64,000 nt of DNA from the NCBI GenBank assembly GCA_041666145.1, contig JBAYHK010000002.1, positions 64,260 to 128,259 on the forward strand, given 5' to 3'. The stretch is from Patescibacteria group bacterium (lineage in GTDB: Bacteria; Patescibacteriota; Patescibacteriia; UBA9934). Under the pieces are notes generated by a model. It worked only from the letters and a program-made list of their open reading frames with translations, had not been told where the DNA came from and ran no database searches. Shown here piece after piece: positions 8,894-19,321 of this stretch (its first letter is position 1; the number at the start of each line of letters is the position of its first letter). A program made the position numbers and the translations under genes.

Positions 8894-10217
8894 ATTCTTC
8901 TGGCATTGAATGCTTCCGCGATAACGTAAGCGCCCCATCGATTAGGGCATCAATATCTTTTCGAACACTCATTACTTCGGAAACAAACCACTGCATAATT
9001 GGCGAATCATCATATTCGCCGCGGCCTTCAATAAGTGCAAACGCGGCAATAACTTCCTCAAACTCCCCCACGCACTCAAACGGCTTCATAGCACCATAGC
9101 CAGTCAAATCTTTGTACATTTCAAGAAGATCGGTTCGCATGAGCAAGTCTTCACCAAACATTTCCACCATGCGCCGGCGCGGAATAAACGCAGCGAGCAT
9201 GACGAATACGAATGCACATTTTGGACATTTTCCACACCAACGCGTTACTGACGGCACTCCGCCTTGTTTGAAGTTCTTATTACAACTAGAAAAAACTCCA
9301 AAATATTTTCCATTTGCGGCAAATCGACGAGAGATGTCCAATTCAGACATTGGACGAAGCAAACTGAATACTCGAATTTCAGATGTAATAAATGACGAAA
9401 TATACGACTGCAAATCTTGCTCAGCTTCAAAGCTCTTGCTGTATTGATGATTGATCACTACACCTTCAAATTCTGTATTCCCAGTGCTCGCACTCCGTTC
9501 ATTTGCAAAAATAACATCACGCTTACCATGAAGCAGAGCAACGATCATCGACGCGATCCCGACATACGCAGTAATTGGCACATGACCATTCCAGGCCCCA
9601 GCCTTATTCAGTTCAACGAGCTTCGGGTCGATAGTGCGTGAAATCGACATGAGTGATTTTCCAACTTCTGCAGAGACTTCACGAATCCGTGAGTGATTCC
9701 CGAACATGACAAGATCGAAAGGAATTTCTGCAGCTCGAAGCATCTCAACCGCAACCAACGAATCCTTTCCTCCTCCGATCGGAAGAAGCGCGCCGGCAAG
9801 ATCGTGGGCGCGCTCATTAGGCCCAAGAGATCCTGAAGTAACCAAACCAACCGGAAACTGAATATACTCACGAAAATCTAACTCGTTTCGATAGAAAAAT
9901 TCTCCCAACCCAAGCGTATATAACGTATTCCAAAACTCCGCCTGCTCATGAGACAAATCTCCAGATTCAACAATAATCTCTGGTGGTAGCTTCGCTTTGT
10001 AATAACTCACGCCAGCAACAAGATGCAGAGCAAATAAAGCTCGATCAAGTACGTCGTCTATTCCATCAGGAATTCCTGTCGAAGGAATCGGCAACACTAA
10101 TCGCTCAATAAACTCATCGTCATCTATTGCGTACGTCAGTTTCACTTCACCAGTCACCCGATCAAAAGCATATGAACGAAATATGAATTGTTTTGCAGAA
10201 GTAAGAATAGGATTCAT
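8865..10217 (-). CDS. PP-loop (SGGxDS-type) ATP pyrophosphatase superfamily protein with C-terminal Cys cluster; function unassigned
   Basis: 450 aa; PP-loop LLPIGGGKDSLVAVEML about 145 aa from the N-terminus. C-terminal CGKCPKCAF and other Cys. Translationally coupled upstream of murD and downstream of a HAD hydrolase. Confidence 0.75.
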   Translation of the reverse strand: MNPILTSAKQFIFRSYAFDRVTGEVKLTYAIDDDEFIERLVLPIPSTGIPDGIDDVLDRALFALHLVAGVSYYKAKLPPEIIVESGDLSHEQAEFWNTLYTLGLGEFFYRNELDFREYIQFPVGLVTSGSLGPNERAHDLAGALLPIGGGKDSLVAVEMLRAAEIPFDLVMFGNHSRIREVSAEVGKSLMSISRTIDPKLVELNKAGAWNGHVPITAYVGIASMIVALLHGKRDVIFANERSASTGNTEFEGVVINHQYSKSFEAEQDLQSYISSFITSEIRVFSLLRPMSELDISRRFAANGKYFGVFSSCNKNFKQGGVPSVTRWCGKCPKCAFVFVMLAAFIPRRRMVEMFGEDLLMRTDLLEMYKDLTGYGAMKPFECVGEFEEVIAAFALIEGRGEYDDSPIMQWFVSEVMSVRKDIDALIDGALTLSRKHSMPEEYAKIVYASR

Positions 10218-10222
10218 AAAAA

Positions 10223-10996
10223 TTACGCGCCCATTTCTTTAAGCCACTGCAATAAAACAACCTTCGTTTCACTTGGATTCGCAATAGCAACGGTGTCGAC
10301 TCCAGTTCGAATCACTGCATGATCATTCCCGCCTTCATACAGCGCATCACCAACAAAAATCATTTCTGGAATAGAAACTCCAATAAATTCTTCCATCTTC
10401 TTTAGACCGTACGCCTTATCTATTCCCTTATGATTCACATCAATAGAGCTATAACCAGGAATCTTAATCTCAAACTCTGGCAAGTATTTCTGAAGAGCTT
10501 TTACCATCTCTACTCTTCGATCCTGCGCGCTGCCCCTCCACGCCTTTTTTACTTCAAGCGGTGCCCGCTGACCACATGCAGAAAAAGTTACCTGCGAACC
10601 GCGGTCTTCTATGACTTCGCCGTATAACGTTACTGGATGCTCGTAACCAATGTCCCCAAATACTCTTTCAAATGATTCCATGATTTTTCGTCGTTCCTCA
10701 ATGGTCATCTCATCTGCATACACCTGCTCCCATTTATCTGAATAGCGATAAAAACGAGTCCCCATTGTGGGAAAGAAAAAAAGGTTTTGCAACTGCGCCG
10801 ACGAACATTGCAACGCCGGCAACTGACGTTCAAATTGCTGAAAAGCACCACCAGAAATGATCGCAATTTTCATTCGCAAAAGAAGTCTGCTGAAAATTTC
10901 TGCCATTTCTTGGTCCATTGGCGACTTACTCTCCGTCACAGTCCCATCAAGATCAAAAACGATAAGTTTCTTTCCGGCAATAGATGGAATGTTCAT
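10223..10996 (-). CDS. HAD-superfamily hydrolase (IIB subfamily, phosphomannomutase-like/sugar phosphatase-like)
   Basis: N-terminal DLDGT(V)T motif, later GDALYEGGND; 257 aa. First gene of the apparent HAD / PP-loop / murD operon. Confidence 0.75.
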   Translation of the reverse strand: MNIPSIAGKKLIVFDLDGTVTESKSPMDQEMAEIFSRLLLRMKIAIISGGAFQQFERQLPALQCSSAQLQNLFFFPTMGTRFYRYSDKWEQVYADEMTIEERRKIMESFERVFGDIGYEHPVTLYGEVIEDRGSQVTFSACGQRAPLEVKKAWRGSAQDRRVEMVKALQKYLPEFEIKIPGYSSIDVNHKGIDKAYGLKKMEEFIGVSIPEMIFVGDALYEGGNDHAVIRTGVDTVAIANPSETKVVLLQWLKEMGA

Positions 10997-11089
10997 AATT
11001 TGGCTTATCTTAGCAACGAGTGCTATTTTACCGCTTTACGGGGTCATGTAAAATACATAGCATAAAGAAAAGTCATAATTTATACGTTT

Positions 11090-11644
11090 ATGGAATCTAT
11101 GCCATTCATTATTATCGGTGTCCTGGTACTTGGTGGACTTTGGCTCGTTGTCGTGTTTAACGGTCTGGTAACAAGTAAAAATCGAGTTGAGGAAGCTTGG
11201 TCAGACATTGAAGTTCAGCTCAAGCGTCGATACGACCTTATTCCAAACCTCGTGAATGTGGTAAAGGGATACGCCAAACATGAAAGCTCAGTATTCGAGA
11301 ATGTCACCAAGGCACGATCTGCCGCAATGAACGCTGGAAATCCAGCAGAACATGCTAAAGCAGAAAACATGCTCACCGACACTCTAAAATCATTGTTCGC
11401 TGTTGCAGAAAGCTATCCAGACTTGAAAGCATCAGAAAACTTCGGTCATTTACAGCGTGAGCTTGTAGACGCAGAAGACAAAATTCAGGCGTCCCGTCGT
11501 TTTTACAATGGAAACGTTCGAGACTTCAACACAAAGTTACAAGTTTTCCCAACAAATATGGTTGGCAATATGCTCGGGTTTAAGAAGTATGACTTTTACG
11601 ATGCACCAGAAGTCGCAAATGAAACTCCAGTCGTAACGTTCTAA
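11090..11644 (+). CDS. lemA: LemA family membrane protein
   Basis: N-terminal TM then the conserved LemA core (…QLKRRYDLIPNLV…FYNG…). Typical partner of htpX. Confidence 0.9.
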   Translation: MESMPFIIIGVLVLGGLWLVVVFNGLVTSKNRVEEAWSDIEVQLKRRYDLIPNLVNVVKGYAKHESSVFENVTKARSAAMNAGNPAEHAKAENMLTDTLKSLFAVAESYPDLKASENFGHLQRELVDAEDKIQASRRFYNGNVRDFNTKLQVFPTNMVGNMLGFKKYDFYDAPEVANETPVVTF

Positions 11645-11653
11645 CCCTCAAAC

Positions 11654-12544
11654 ATGTACAACGACATTACACAAAACAAACACCGAACTTGGATTCTCAT
11701 CACGCTCATGAGCAGCATTGTGATTGGGCTTTCTTGGTTTATTGGCGCCATAAACGGCGTAGAGACTGGACCGAGCATCATTATGGGAACCATGTTCGCT
11801 AGCGTTTACAGCCTTATCAGCTACTACGCATCATCGTCGATTGCTCTTGCTGTCTCTGGCGCAAAAGCAATTCAAAAGTCACAGGCTCCAGAGCTTTACA
11901 ACATTGTTGAAAATCTCTGTATCGCGAACGGACAACCAACCCCAGCCATCTACATTATTCAAGATGCAAGTCCAAATGCACTCGCAACAGGACGAGATCC
12001 AGAACATGCCTCAATCGCCTTCACTACTGGCCTGCTCAACATTCTCACTCACGAAGAAATCGAAGGCGTCGCAGCACACGAATTGTCGCACGTGAAAAAC
12101 TACGACATTCGCGTAATGACCGTCGTTGTTGTTCTTGTTGGTCTTATCTCACTCATCGCTGATCTTCTCATATACTCACGATTCAAAAGTGGCGATAAAG
12201 ACAGCGGAAACGCCGGAATCATCCTCTTCTTTATTGGAATCGTTCTTGCAGTTCTCTCCCCTCTTTTTGCACAAATCATTCAACTCGCAATCTCAAGAAG
12301 TCGTGAATATCTTGCAGATGCATCAGGCGCGCTTCTTACCCGATATCCAGAAGGCCTCGCTCGAGCACTAGAAAAAATCGGGACCGTTGAACAGCCAATA
12401 CAAAAAGCAAATCACGCTACTGCTCACCTGTATATTTCAAATCCATTCGGAAACAAAGCCACCCAATCATTCTTCTCAAAACTCTTTTCAACGCACCCGC
12501 CAATTACTGATCGCGTTGCGCGCCTCAGATCCATGGGCCGTTAA
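11654..12544 (+). CDS. htpX: Zinc metalloprotease HtpX (M48 family)
   Basis: HELSHVKNYD HExxH motif, 4 TM segments, C-terminal …THPPITDR. Confidence 0.9.
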   Translation: MYNDITQNKHRTWILITLMSSIVIGLSWFIGAINGVETGPSIIMGTMFASVYSLISYYASSSIALAVSGAKAIQKSQAPELYNIVENLCIANGQPTPAIYIIQDASPNALATGRDPEHASIAFTTGLLNILTHEEIEGVAAHELSHVKNYDIRVMTVVVVLVGLISLIADLLIYSRFKSGDKDSGNAGIILFFIGIVLAVLSPLFAQIIQLAISRSREYLADASGALLTRYPEGLARALEKIGTVEQPIQKANHATAHLYISNPFGNKATQSFFSKLFSTHPPITDRVARLRSMGR

Positions 12545-12547
12545 TCT

Positions 12548-15043
12548 ATGAATGAGCTCCTCGAATCCTTTACAAGCCATTTAAAAACCGTCCTCACTAG
12601 GGCGCTTTGTTTGGCAGTTGAAGAAGGCGGAAACACCATCGCGCCAACACATTTGCTTTGGGCGCTTGGTACTGAGGAAGGATCGCTAGGCGCAGAAATT
12701 CTTCATAAAGGCGGCGCAACAACTGCAAGCTTGCAACGACTAACCACAATAGAAGACAAGGAGCTTTCAGAAGATGCCATAACACATGCAACGGCAGTAA
12801 CTCCGCAGCTTTCTGAAGAATCAAAAACCATGATCGAAAAGGCGGTGCATGCTGCAGGAATGCACGGACACCGATACGTAGGCACAGAACACCTCCTTCA
12901 CGGCATCATCGAAGCAAAAACTCCTGAAATTGCGACCTTTCTACAGGCCGAAAATGTAAGCGAAAAAACCATTCAAGACAATCTTGCGACCATTTTCAAA
13001 ACCACTGCAAATTTTCCCGAATCTCTTCAAAACATTGGGCATCCAAAACAATCAGAAGAAACACAGAAGCCATGCGAAGAATGCGGGCAGATTCATGATG
13101 ACGATCATGATGAAAAATCAACGGCGCTTGAATACTTCACCACTGAACTTACTGCAAAAAACATTGCAGACTCTATCGATCCAGTCATTGGACGTGATGA
13201 TGAGATCGAGCGAGTCATTGCAATCCTTGCACGACGAACAAAAAATAATCCTTTGCTCATTGGCGACCCAGGTGTTGGGAAAACTGCTATCGCAGAAGGC
13301 CTAGCCAAGCGCATTCTTTCTGGAAACGTGCCAGACGCTGTTGTACGAATGCATGTTCATCGTCTCAACATGGCCTCAATGGTTGCAGGAACAATGTATA
13401 GAGGAGACTTCGAAGCAAGAATTACACAATTGCTAGAAGAACTCACCGATCGAAAAGATGTCGTTCTATTCATCGATGAAATTCACACGATCATCGGCGC
13501 TGGCGCAGCGAGTGGATCACTTGATGCTGCGAATATGCTTAAACCAGCACTCGCACGTGGAGAGCTGCGATGCATCGGCGCAACAACACATCAAGAATAT
13601 AAAAAACATATTGCTACCGACGCTGCACTTGAGCGTCGATTTGCCACAGTAACAATCCAGGAACCAAGCTCAGAAGAAACACGCACAGTCCTAGAAGGTA
13701 TTGCGCGGCGATACGAGGTTCATCACGGTGTCACATATAGCGCCGATATTCTGGACACAATTATTCGAATCGCGGATCGGTTCATGCCGAACAAACAATT
13801 TCCAGACAAAGCAATAGATTTGCTTGATGAAGCTGGAGCTTATGCAAGTACACACAGGAAACCAACTGATAAGCATGCAGTTCAGCTTCGGCAGCTTCAA
13901 AATGAACTTGCCGAAATTCATAAAAATAAATGTGATGCAATTGCAAAAGAAAAGTTTCCACTTGCGTCAGACATGAAGACACGAGAAGAGACGCTTCGCA
14001 AACACATCGAAAAGCTCACCGCGCTTCCAACAACACACCGCATTGTAGCCGTCACTGATGTCATGGTCCGCGCAGTAGCTTCAAAAATGACAGGGGTTCC
14101 ACTCGCAAAACTCACTTCAAATGATCACACCGCACTTCGCACACTTGCAGATCGACTCAAAACTCATGTTATTGCACAAGACAATGCAGTCGATCATGTC
14201 GCAAATGCTATGCGCCGTGCAAAGCTTGGATTCGCATTACCAAACAGACCGCTTGCGTCCTTTCTCTTTGCTGGACCTTCTGGAGTTGGAAAAACTGCGC
14301 TCGCAAAAGCACTCGCAATCGAAATGTTTGGAGATATAAAGTCACTTATTCGTTTTGACATGAGTGAATTTGCAGAAGGCTTCAGTACAAGCAAACTTAT
14401 TGGAGCTCCAGCTGGCTATGTTGGCTATCGCGAAAGCGCAAAACTTACAGATGCGCTCAAAGAGCGCCCACACTGCGTCATACTTTTTGACGAACTTGAA
14501 AAAGCACATCGTGATGTTCAGTCACTCCTCCTACAAATTCTTGATGAAGGATGTATTACCGACGCTACTGGAACCAAGGTGAATTTTCAAAATGCGATCG
14601 TGATCATGACCACGAACATCGGACGAGATAGATTCAATAAAGTGTCCTTAGGATTCGGCACCACGCAAGGCAAAAACACAACATTCTCAGAGGAGTTCAG
14701 AGGAGTTCTTGAGGAACACTTTCGCCCAGAGCTCATAAATCGCATTGGTCACGTCTGCCTTTTCAAGCCGTTGAAACATGAAGACATTGTAACCATTACA
14801 AAAATGGGCATCACGGATCTTCTTTCACGGTTAGAACGCGCAAAGCTTTCTGTTGCATTTCCAAAAAAACTTGCAGAAGCATTAGCAAAAGAAGTCAAAC
14901 CACTTCATGGCGCAAGAGATGTTCAACGAGTCATCGAGGAGAAGCTTGAACATGAAATCGCGAAAGCTGTTCTCAAAACAAAACGGCCAAAAACATCACT
15001 TCGCGTATCGCTCAACGTCGACGGTTCATTCCAGATCCAATAA
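12548..15043 (+). CDS. clpC: Clp/Hsp100 AAA+ ATPase chaperone (ClpC/ClpA-like, two nucleotide-binding domains, Clp_N repeats)
   Basis: N-terminal Clp_N repeats, Walker A GDPGVGKT (D1) and GPSGVGKT (D2), sensor motifs. 831 aa with no long ClpB middle domain. Confidence 0.88.
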   Translation: MNELLESFTSHLKTVLTRALCLAVEEGGNTIAPTHLLWALGTEEGSLGAEILHKGGATTASLQRLTTIEDKELSEDAITHATAVTPQLSEESKTMIEKAVHAAGMHGHRYVGTEHLLHGIIEAKTPEIATFLQAENVSEKTIQDNLATIFKTTANFPESLQNIGHPKQSEETQKPCEECGQIHDDDHDEKSTALEYFTTELTAKNIADSIDPVIGRDDEIERVIAILARRTKNNPLLIGDPGVGKTAIAEGLAKRILSGNVPDAVVRMHVHRLNMASMVAGTMYRGDFEARITQLLEELTDRKDVVLFIDEIHTIIGAGAASGSLDAANMLKPALARGELRCIGATTHQEYKKHIATDAALERRFATVTIQEPSSEETRTVLEGIARRYEVHHGVTYSADILDTIIRIADRFMPNKQFPDKAIDLLDEAGAYASTHRKPTDKHAVQLRQLQNELAEIHKNKCDAIAKEKFPLASDMKTREETLRKHIEKLTALPTTHRIVAVTDVMVRAVASKMTGVPLAKLTSNDHTALRTLADRLKTHVIAQDNAVDHVANAMRRAKLGFALPNRPLASFLFAGPSGVGKTALAKALAIEMFGDIKSLIRFDMSEFAEGFSTSKLIGAPAGYVGYRESAKLTDALKERPHCVILFDELEKAHRDVQSLLLQILDEGCITDATGTKVNFQNAIVIMTTNIGRDRFNKVSLGFGTTQGKNTTFSEEFRGVLEEHFRPELINRIGHVCLFKPLKHEDIVTITKMGITDLLSRLERAKLSVAFPKKLAEALAKEVKPLHGARDVQRVIEEKLEHEIAKAVLKTKRPKTSLRVSLNVDGSFQIQ

Positions 15044-15046
15044 CCC

Positions 15047-15079
15047 AAAAAATCCTCGTATTTCTCACGGGGATTTTTT
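15047..15079 (+). terminator. Rho-independent terminator after clpC
   Basis: aaaaaaTCCTCGtatttctcaCGGGGAtttttt. Confidence 0.55.
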
Positions 15080-15087
15080 AATACGCG

Positions 15088-15096
15088 TGCTATAAT
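15088..15096 (+). promoter_or_regulatory. Extended -10 promoter element (TGCTATAAT)
   Basis: TGnTATAAT consensus match 10 nt before the ATG at 15106. This would give a very short or absent leader for the downstream operon. Confidence 0.4.
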
Positions 15097-15105
15097 TTGG
15101 CGTAT

Positions 15106-15972
15106 ATGGCGACTGGAGGAACGGCTCAACAACCAAAAATCTCCCAAGATTCAGGCGCAACTTTGCGCATGGATTACATGTCGTCGCTTCGGTCGCGCAT
15201 TGGAAAAAAAGGGCGAGTCGCGATACTTGGACTCTCCATGATGCAGGCGAGTCCGATGATGCCAGAAGATAAAAACGAGGGCGCAACGCAACGAGATCCT
15301 GTTGCAGAACTCCAAGCAGGTCGTCACACCGCACGACGCTACGCAAATCCCGGTGCAAGCGCACCGCTTTTACAGATGGCAACAGAGTCACTTCGTAACG
15401 AAGGCGACGAACACGATCAAGAAGCTGCTAATGACATTGAGGAATCTGTAGACGACATTACAGAAGAAGCGGCACAAACCGAAGACACATTACTAACTGC
15501 ACGAGCAAAATCCGAATTAAAAAGTAAAGCAAATAAAGTCTTTGAGGACATTAAAGAAAAAGGAATGAAGGAATTTCAGAAAACCATGGCAAAAGCAAAA
15601 ACAGAAGGAGCTGCAAAATTTGCTTCCGCAGCAGACGACGGAGAATTTTTTGAAATTCCAGATACTCTCGGTACCGGCGCCTCTGTTCTACATGCAGGAC
15701 TGAGTATTTTTCAGGATTCCATGAACAAGGAAACAAAAGAAATGTTTACAAAGCTTGGGTTTCCAATGCTCAAAATGGACAACGCACTCGACCTTGCCAT
15801 TATTACTGGAACAAACATGCAGATACTTAAATGGTCTGCAATTGTAGTGGTGATTATTCCTTTTTGTGTTGTGTTTATTGTTATGACTATCGGTACAATG
15901 TGCAAAGTAAGCATTGTATGCAATGCAGGCACCGGTGCCATATCTGCAATCACGAACCTCATTTCTCTTTAA
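15106..15972 (+). CDS. Hypothetical membrane-anchored protein (acidic N-terminal region, C-terminal TM)
   Basis: ORF track 15097..15972 (TTG). First ATG at 15106; other starts are possible. First gene of a 4-gene same-strand cluster with 4-5 nt spacings. Confidence 0.5.
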   Translation: MATGGTAQQPKISQDSGATLRMDYMSSLRSRIGKKGRVAILGLSMMQASPMMPEDKNEGATQRDPVAELQAGRHTARRYANPGASAPLLQMATESLRNEGDEHDQEAANDIEESVDDITEEAAQTEDTLLTARAKSELKSKANKVFEDIKEKGMKEFQKTMAKAKTEGAAKFASAADDGEFFEIPDTLGTGASVLHAGLSIFQDSMNKETKEMFTKLGFPMLKMDNALDLAIITGTNMQILKWSAIVVVIIPFCVVFIVMTIGTMCKVSIVCNAGTGAISAITNLISL

Positions 15973-15977
15973 TCTCT

Positions 15978-17204
15978 ATGTCTGAACGCACAACATTCAT
16001 GCTCAAAATCGCCGGGTTTGCAACGGCCTGTATCCTTCTTGCACTTGCAATCTATTTTACGTTCTTCAGGCAACCAACAGTAACCATTCAGGAAGAAATC
16101 GACACAACAGCTGGAAGTGGATCTCTCCCGAGTTCTGGCTCTGGAACTACTGGAGGAGTCACTCAAGAAGGAATCGACGGAGGCGATGACGGAGTCATAA
16201 GTCTGGTGCCGTCCAAAGTCGCAAAAGGTGGAACAACATTCACAACACTGCTCACGAACACGGGCGTAGAAAGTCCAACCGTTACCGCGGACGGCAATAT
16301 TGCATATTACAATCCAGCAGATGGAAAGTTCTATACCATCGATCCAAACGGCAACGCCATTGCGCTCTCGCAACAAACATTTCCAAAAGCTGAAACGGTC
16401 ACTTTTAGTAATGGAGCTGGTGCTGCAGTCATTGAATACCCAGACGGAAGCAATATTGTTTACGATTTCAATACCGCGCAGCAAGTCACACTTCCATCAC
16501 ACTGGGAAGGTTTTTCCTTTTCGGAAACAGGAGAAGATATTGCCGCAAAAAGTATTGGTGCAGACGAATCAAATCGAGCGCTTGTCATAACGAGCGCCGA
16601 TGGATCATCAACAACAGTTGTTGCAGCACTTGGAAACAATGACGACAAAGTCACACCAAATTGGTCTCCAGATAGTGGCGTTGTTGCGTTCTCGGCTACT
16701 GGCGTCAATTCCGGTGGAACATTTGGACGACAGGAAATCTATCTTGTGGGCCAAGATGGAAGCGCAACCGGAGTGCTCTTTGTTGACGGCTCAAATTTCC
16801 AGGCCATTTGGGCAACAGACGGAAAACACCTTCTCTATTCTGTAGCCGATCCGAACGACGGATATAAAGCAGCCCTATGGTATGCAGACAGCAATGGAGA
16901 TAGGAACGGAGACGGAAGGAGAAAAATGGGAATTCAAACACTCGTAAGTAAATGCACATTCTTCTCCACAACAATTGCCTACTGCGCAGTACCTCGTGAA
17001 ATGCCTGCTGGTGGTGGAAGCAATACATCACTCATCACTTCATACGACGACCTTTACAAACTCGATGTCAGCACTGGCATTGCAAAACTTGTTGCAATCC
17101 CAGCCGCAGATACGAACATGTTTTCACTCAACGTTTCAGAAGACGAATCCGTGCTCTACTTTTCAGACAGCGCAGGACGGCTGAACATGATCCGCCTTAA
17201 ATAA
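15978..17204 (+). CDS. TolB-like beta-propeller (PD40/WD40-like repeat) periplasmic protein with N-terminal TM anchor
   Basis: ATG at 15978 (MSERTTFMLKIAGFATACILLALAIYF). Repeated …WSPDSGVVAFSA… / …WATDGKHLLYSV… PD40-type repeats. Confidence 0.7.
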   Translation: MSERTTFMLKIAGFATACILLALAIYFTFFRQPTVTIQEEIDTTAGSGSLPSSGSGTTGGVTQEGIDGGDDGVISLVPSKVAKGGTTFTTLLTNTGVESPTVTADGNIAYYNPADGKFYTIDPNGNAIALSQQTFPKAETVTFSNGAGAAVIEYPDGSNIVYDFNTAQQVTLPSHWEGFSFSETGEDIAAKSIGADESNRALVITSADGSSTTVVAALGNNDDKVTPNWSPDSGVVAFSATGVNSGGTFGRQEIYLVGQDGSATGVLFVDGSNFQAIWATDGKHLLYSVADPNDGYKAALWYADSNGDRNGDGRRKMGIQTLVSKCTFFSTTIAYCAVPREMPAGGGSNTSLITSYDDLYKLDVSTGIAKLVAIPAADTNMFSLNVSEDESVLYFSDSAGRLNMIRLK

Positions 17205-17208
17205 ACCT

Positions 17209-17850
17209 ATGAAATATTTCTGGCATTTTGTTATCAGCATCGGCGTACTCGCAATTATCCTATTTTCCTTTTTCGGAGCGTCGCTCTCATTTGGAAATAA
17301 AATTCAATACACCGATCAAAATCCCATCACCGAACCTTCTGTTACGTTCATCGATCCTTCACTCGGAAAAACAGATGCGAGAGTGACGCTTATTACTTAC
17401 GGAGATTACGGATGCGACTCTTGTGCAACTCTCGATGAAGCTCTTGTTACCCTTGCTGCAGATGACTTTCCTAATGATATTCGAATCGTTTGGAAAGACA
17501 TGCCAAATGTTTCTCAGCACCCAGAAGCACTCAATGCAGCGATTGCTGCCAGATGTGCGGAAGACCAAGGAAAATTCTGGGAATACCACACACTCCTCAT
17601 GACAAACCACGCACTTCTTAATGCCGAGCTCTACACCGCAATCGCAGAACAACTCGAACTGAAAACAAACGTCTTCGCCTCTTGTCTTAAAGACCAAACC
17701 CCTTCCCCGATTATTCAACAAACATACGAAGAAGGGCTAAAGCTCGGCGTCTCTGCAACTCCAACAATCTTTATTAACGGCGTTCGTTACAGCGGCGCGC
17801 TTGATATTGGAACACTTAAATCTGTTATTCGACAGGCTTTGGCAGAATAA
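17209..17850 (+). CDS. DsbA-family thiol:disulfide oxidoreductase (thioredoxin fold)
   Basis: N-terminal TM, CDSC active site (CxxC), DsbA-like C-terminal helical insert. Confidence 0.8.
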   Translation: MKYFWHFVISIGVLAIILFSFFGASLSFGNKIQYTDQNPITEPSVTFIDPSLGKTDARVTLITYGDYGCDSCATLDEALVTLAADDFPNDIRIVWKDMPNVSQHPEALNAAIAARCAEDQGKFWEYHTLLMTNHALLNAELYTAIAEQLELKTNVFASCLKDQTPSPIIQQTYEEGLKLGVSATPTIFINGVRYSGALDIGTLKSVIRQALAE

Positions 17851-17854
17851 ACGT

Positions 17855-19249
17855 ATGAAGCGCTTTATTCTTCTCTCTCTCCTCCTTCTCTTTTCTGCAG
17901 TTCCTGCACAAGTTTTTGCTGCAAAAGACTGTGCTACCAGTACTGACCTAAATAAAGCCTACTGCACCTGCACGAACAGCACAGAATCCTTTCAAATCTC
18001 TGGCACTACTTTTAACGCAACAACGTGCAACAGTACGTGTTTTGAACGCGGAGGCTCCTCTTACAAAGTCGAAACGTGTACAAGCCCAGATCCTACAAAT
18101 CCAATCCTTTCAGAAACCGCCCAAGCAAACGTAGCAGATCCAGCAGCTGTAACGACGAGCGCTGCCGCATCCGCAAAAAAAGCTGCACCAGATTTTCAAG
18201 TTCCGATTCTCAATGTCAAAATCCCTGGGATGTCTGCCTTTTCAACTCCAACTTTATCCGCAGACGGAACAACAGTTGAAGTAAATTTCCTTGCGCAATA
18301 CATCAATGCAATTTATAGCTGGATTCTAGGAGCTGCAGCACTAGTAGCGGTAATCATGATGATGATTGGTGGATTACAGTACGTTCTTGCTCGTGGAAAA
18401 CCAAAATATATCGACGCTGCAAAAACACGAATCACCAATGCAATCACTGGCATGGTTCTTCTTCTCGCTGCCTACAACATTGCATACTTAATCGATCCAA
18501 ACATTGTAGATCTCAAAGCGATGACCATTAAAAGTGTTGCTGAAATTAAACTCTCAATGTCTTGCATGGGCGCTGAAGGCAGTGGAACTCCAGGCGTAAC
18601 TGGTACGTGGGAAAACATCAAAGAGCCACAAAGATCGATCGTGAAGTCGGCAAAAGATAGTGAGACCTGTCCAGCCGAACACATGCTTAGCTCTCCAGTT
18701 ACCAGCGGAAGACTTCCCAATCAAGGAAATCATCACTGGTTTGACAGAAAGCTCAATGGCGAATGGGAAAAAATAGCCGCACTTGACTGGGCGGTATCAT
18801 TTGGATCTGAAATTATTGCACCTTTTGATGGCAAAGTGACTTCCTACTATCAACAACCAGCAAAAGACACAAACGCCTGTGGAAATCGGATCTATATGAA
18901 AAGTGCAGACGGCAAGGTTACGCTTACAATCTGCCACGTGAAAGATTTTACTGATAAAGATGGAAAATTTAGCTCAACACGCACAGTGACTCGAGGACAA
19001 GTCATCGGGCATTCTGGAGGACGTCAATGTCCTGGAATGGAAGTTCCAGAAAATTGGGACTACACCAGTGCCACGGAAGCATTCGTGGGTCCAGAACAAG
19101 CAGGGAGCTCTTCAGAAACACCATGTACAGATCCTCAAAAAAAACAGTCATGCTCCTGCCAACAAAATTTCGAATCTGGAAATACGTCTGGTGCACACGT
19201 GCATGTAGGATGGAGTGGCCCCGAGCACATGCTCTCCTGCCTTCAGTAA
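17855..19249 (+). CDS. Membrane protein with Cys-rich secreted N-domain, two-TM hairpin (VirB2/TrbC-pilin-like topology) and C-terminal M23 (LytM) peptidase domain
   Basis: Signal peptide MKRFILLSLLLLFSAVPAQVFA and two hydrophobic segments. M23 motifs HHWFD…APFDGKV…GQVIGHSGG…GAHVHVGW (HxH). Confidence 0.7.
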   Translation: MKRFILLSLLLLFSAVPAQVFAAKDCATSTDLNKAYCTCTNSTESFQISGTTFNATTCNSTCFERGGSSYKVETCTSPDPTNPILSETAQANVADPAAVTTSAAASAKKAAPDFQVPILNVKIPGMSAFSTPTLSADGTTVEVNFLAQYINAIYSWILGAAALVAVIMMMIGGLQYVLARGKPKYIDAAKTRITNAITGMVLLLAAYNIAYLIDPNIVDLKAMTIKSVAEIKLSMSCMGAEGSGTPGVTGTWENIKEPQRSIVKSAKDSETCPAEHMLSSPVTSGRLPNQGNHHWFDRKLNGEWEKIAALDWAVSFGSEIIAPFDGKVTSYYQQPAKDTNACGNRIYMKSADGKVTLTICHVKDFTDKDGKFSSTRTVTRGQVIGHSGGRQCPGMEVPENWDYTSATEAFVGPEQAGSSSETPCTDPQKKQSCSCQQNFESGNTSGAHVHVGWSGPEHMLSCLQ

Positions 19250-19321
19250 TCTCCGTGCACAAGTCAATTGAAGAGAGCAGCTGTATTTGAGACAGTGGAT
19301 GAAAATATCATCCACTGTTTT

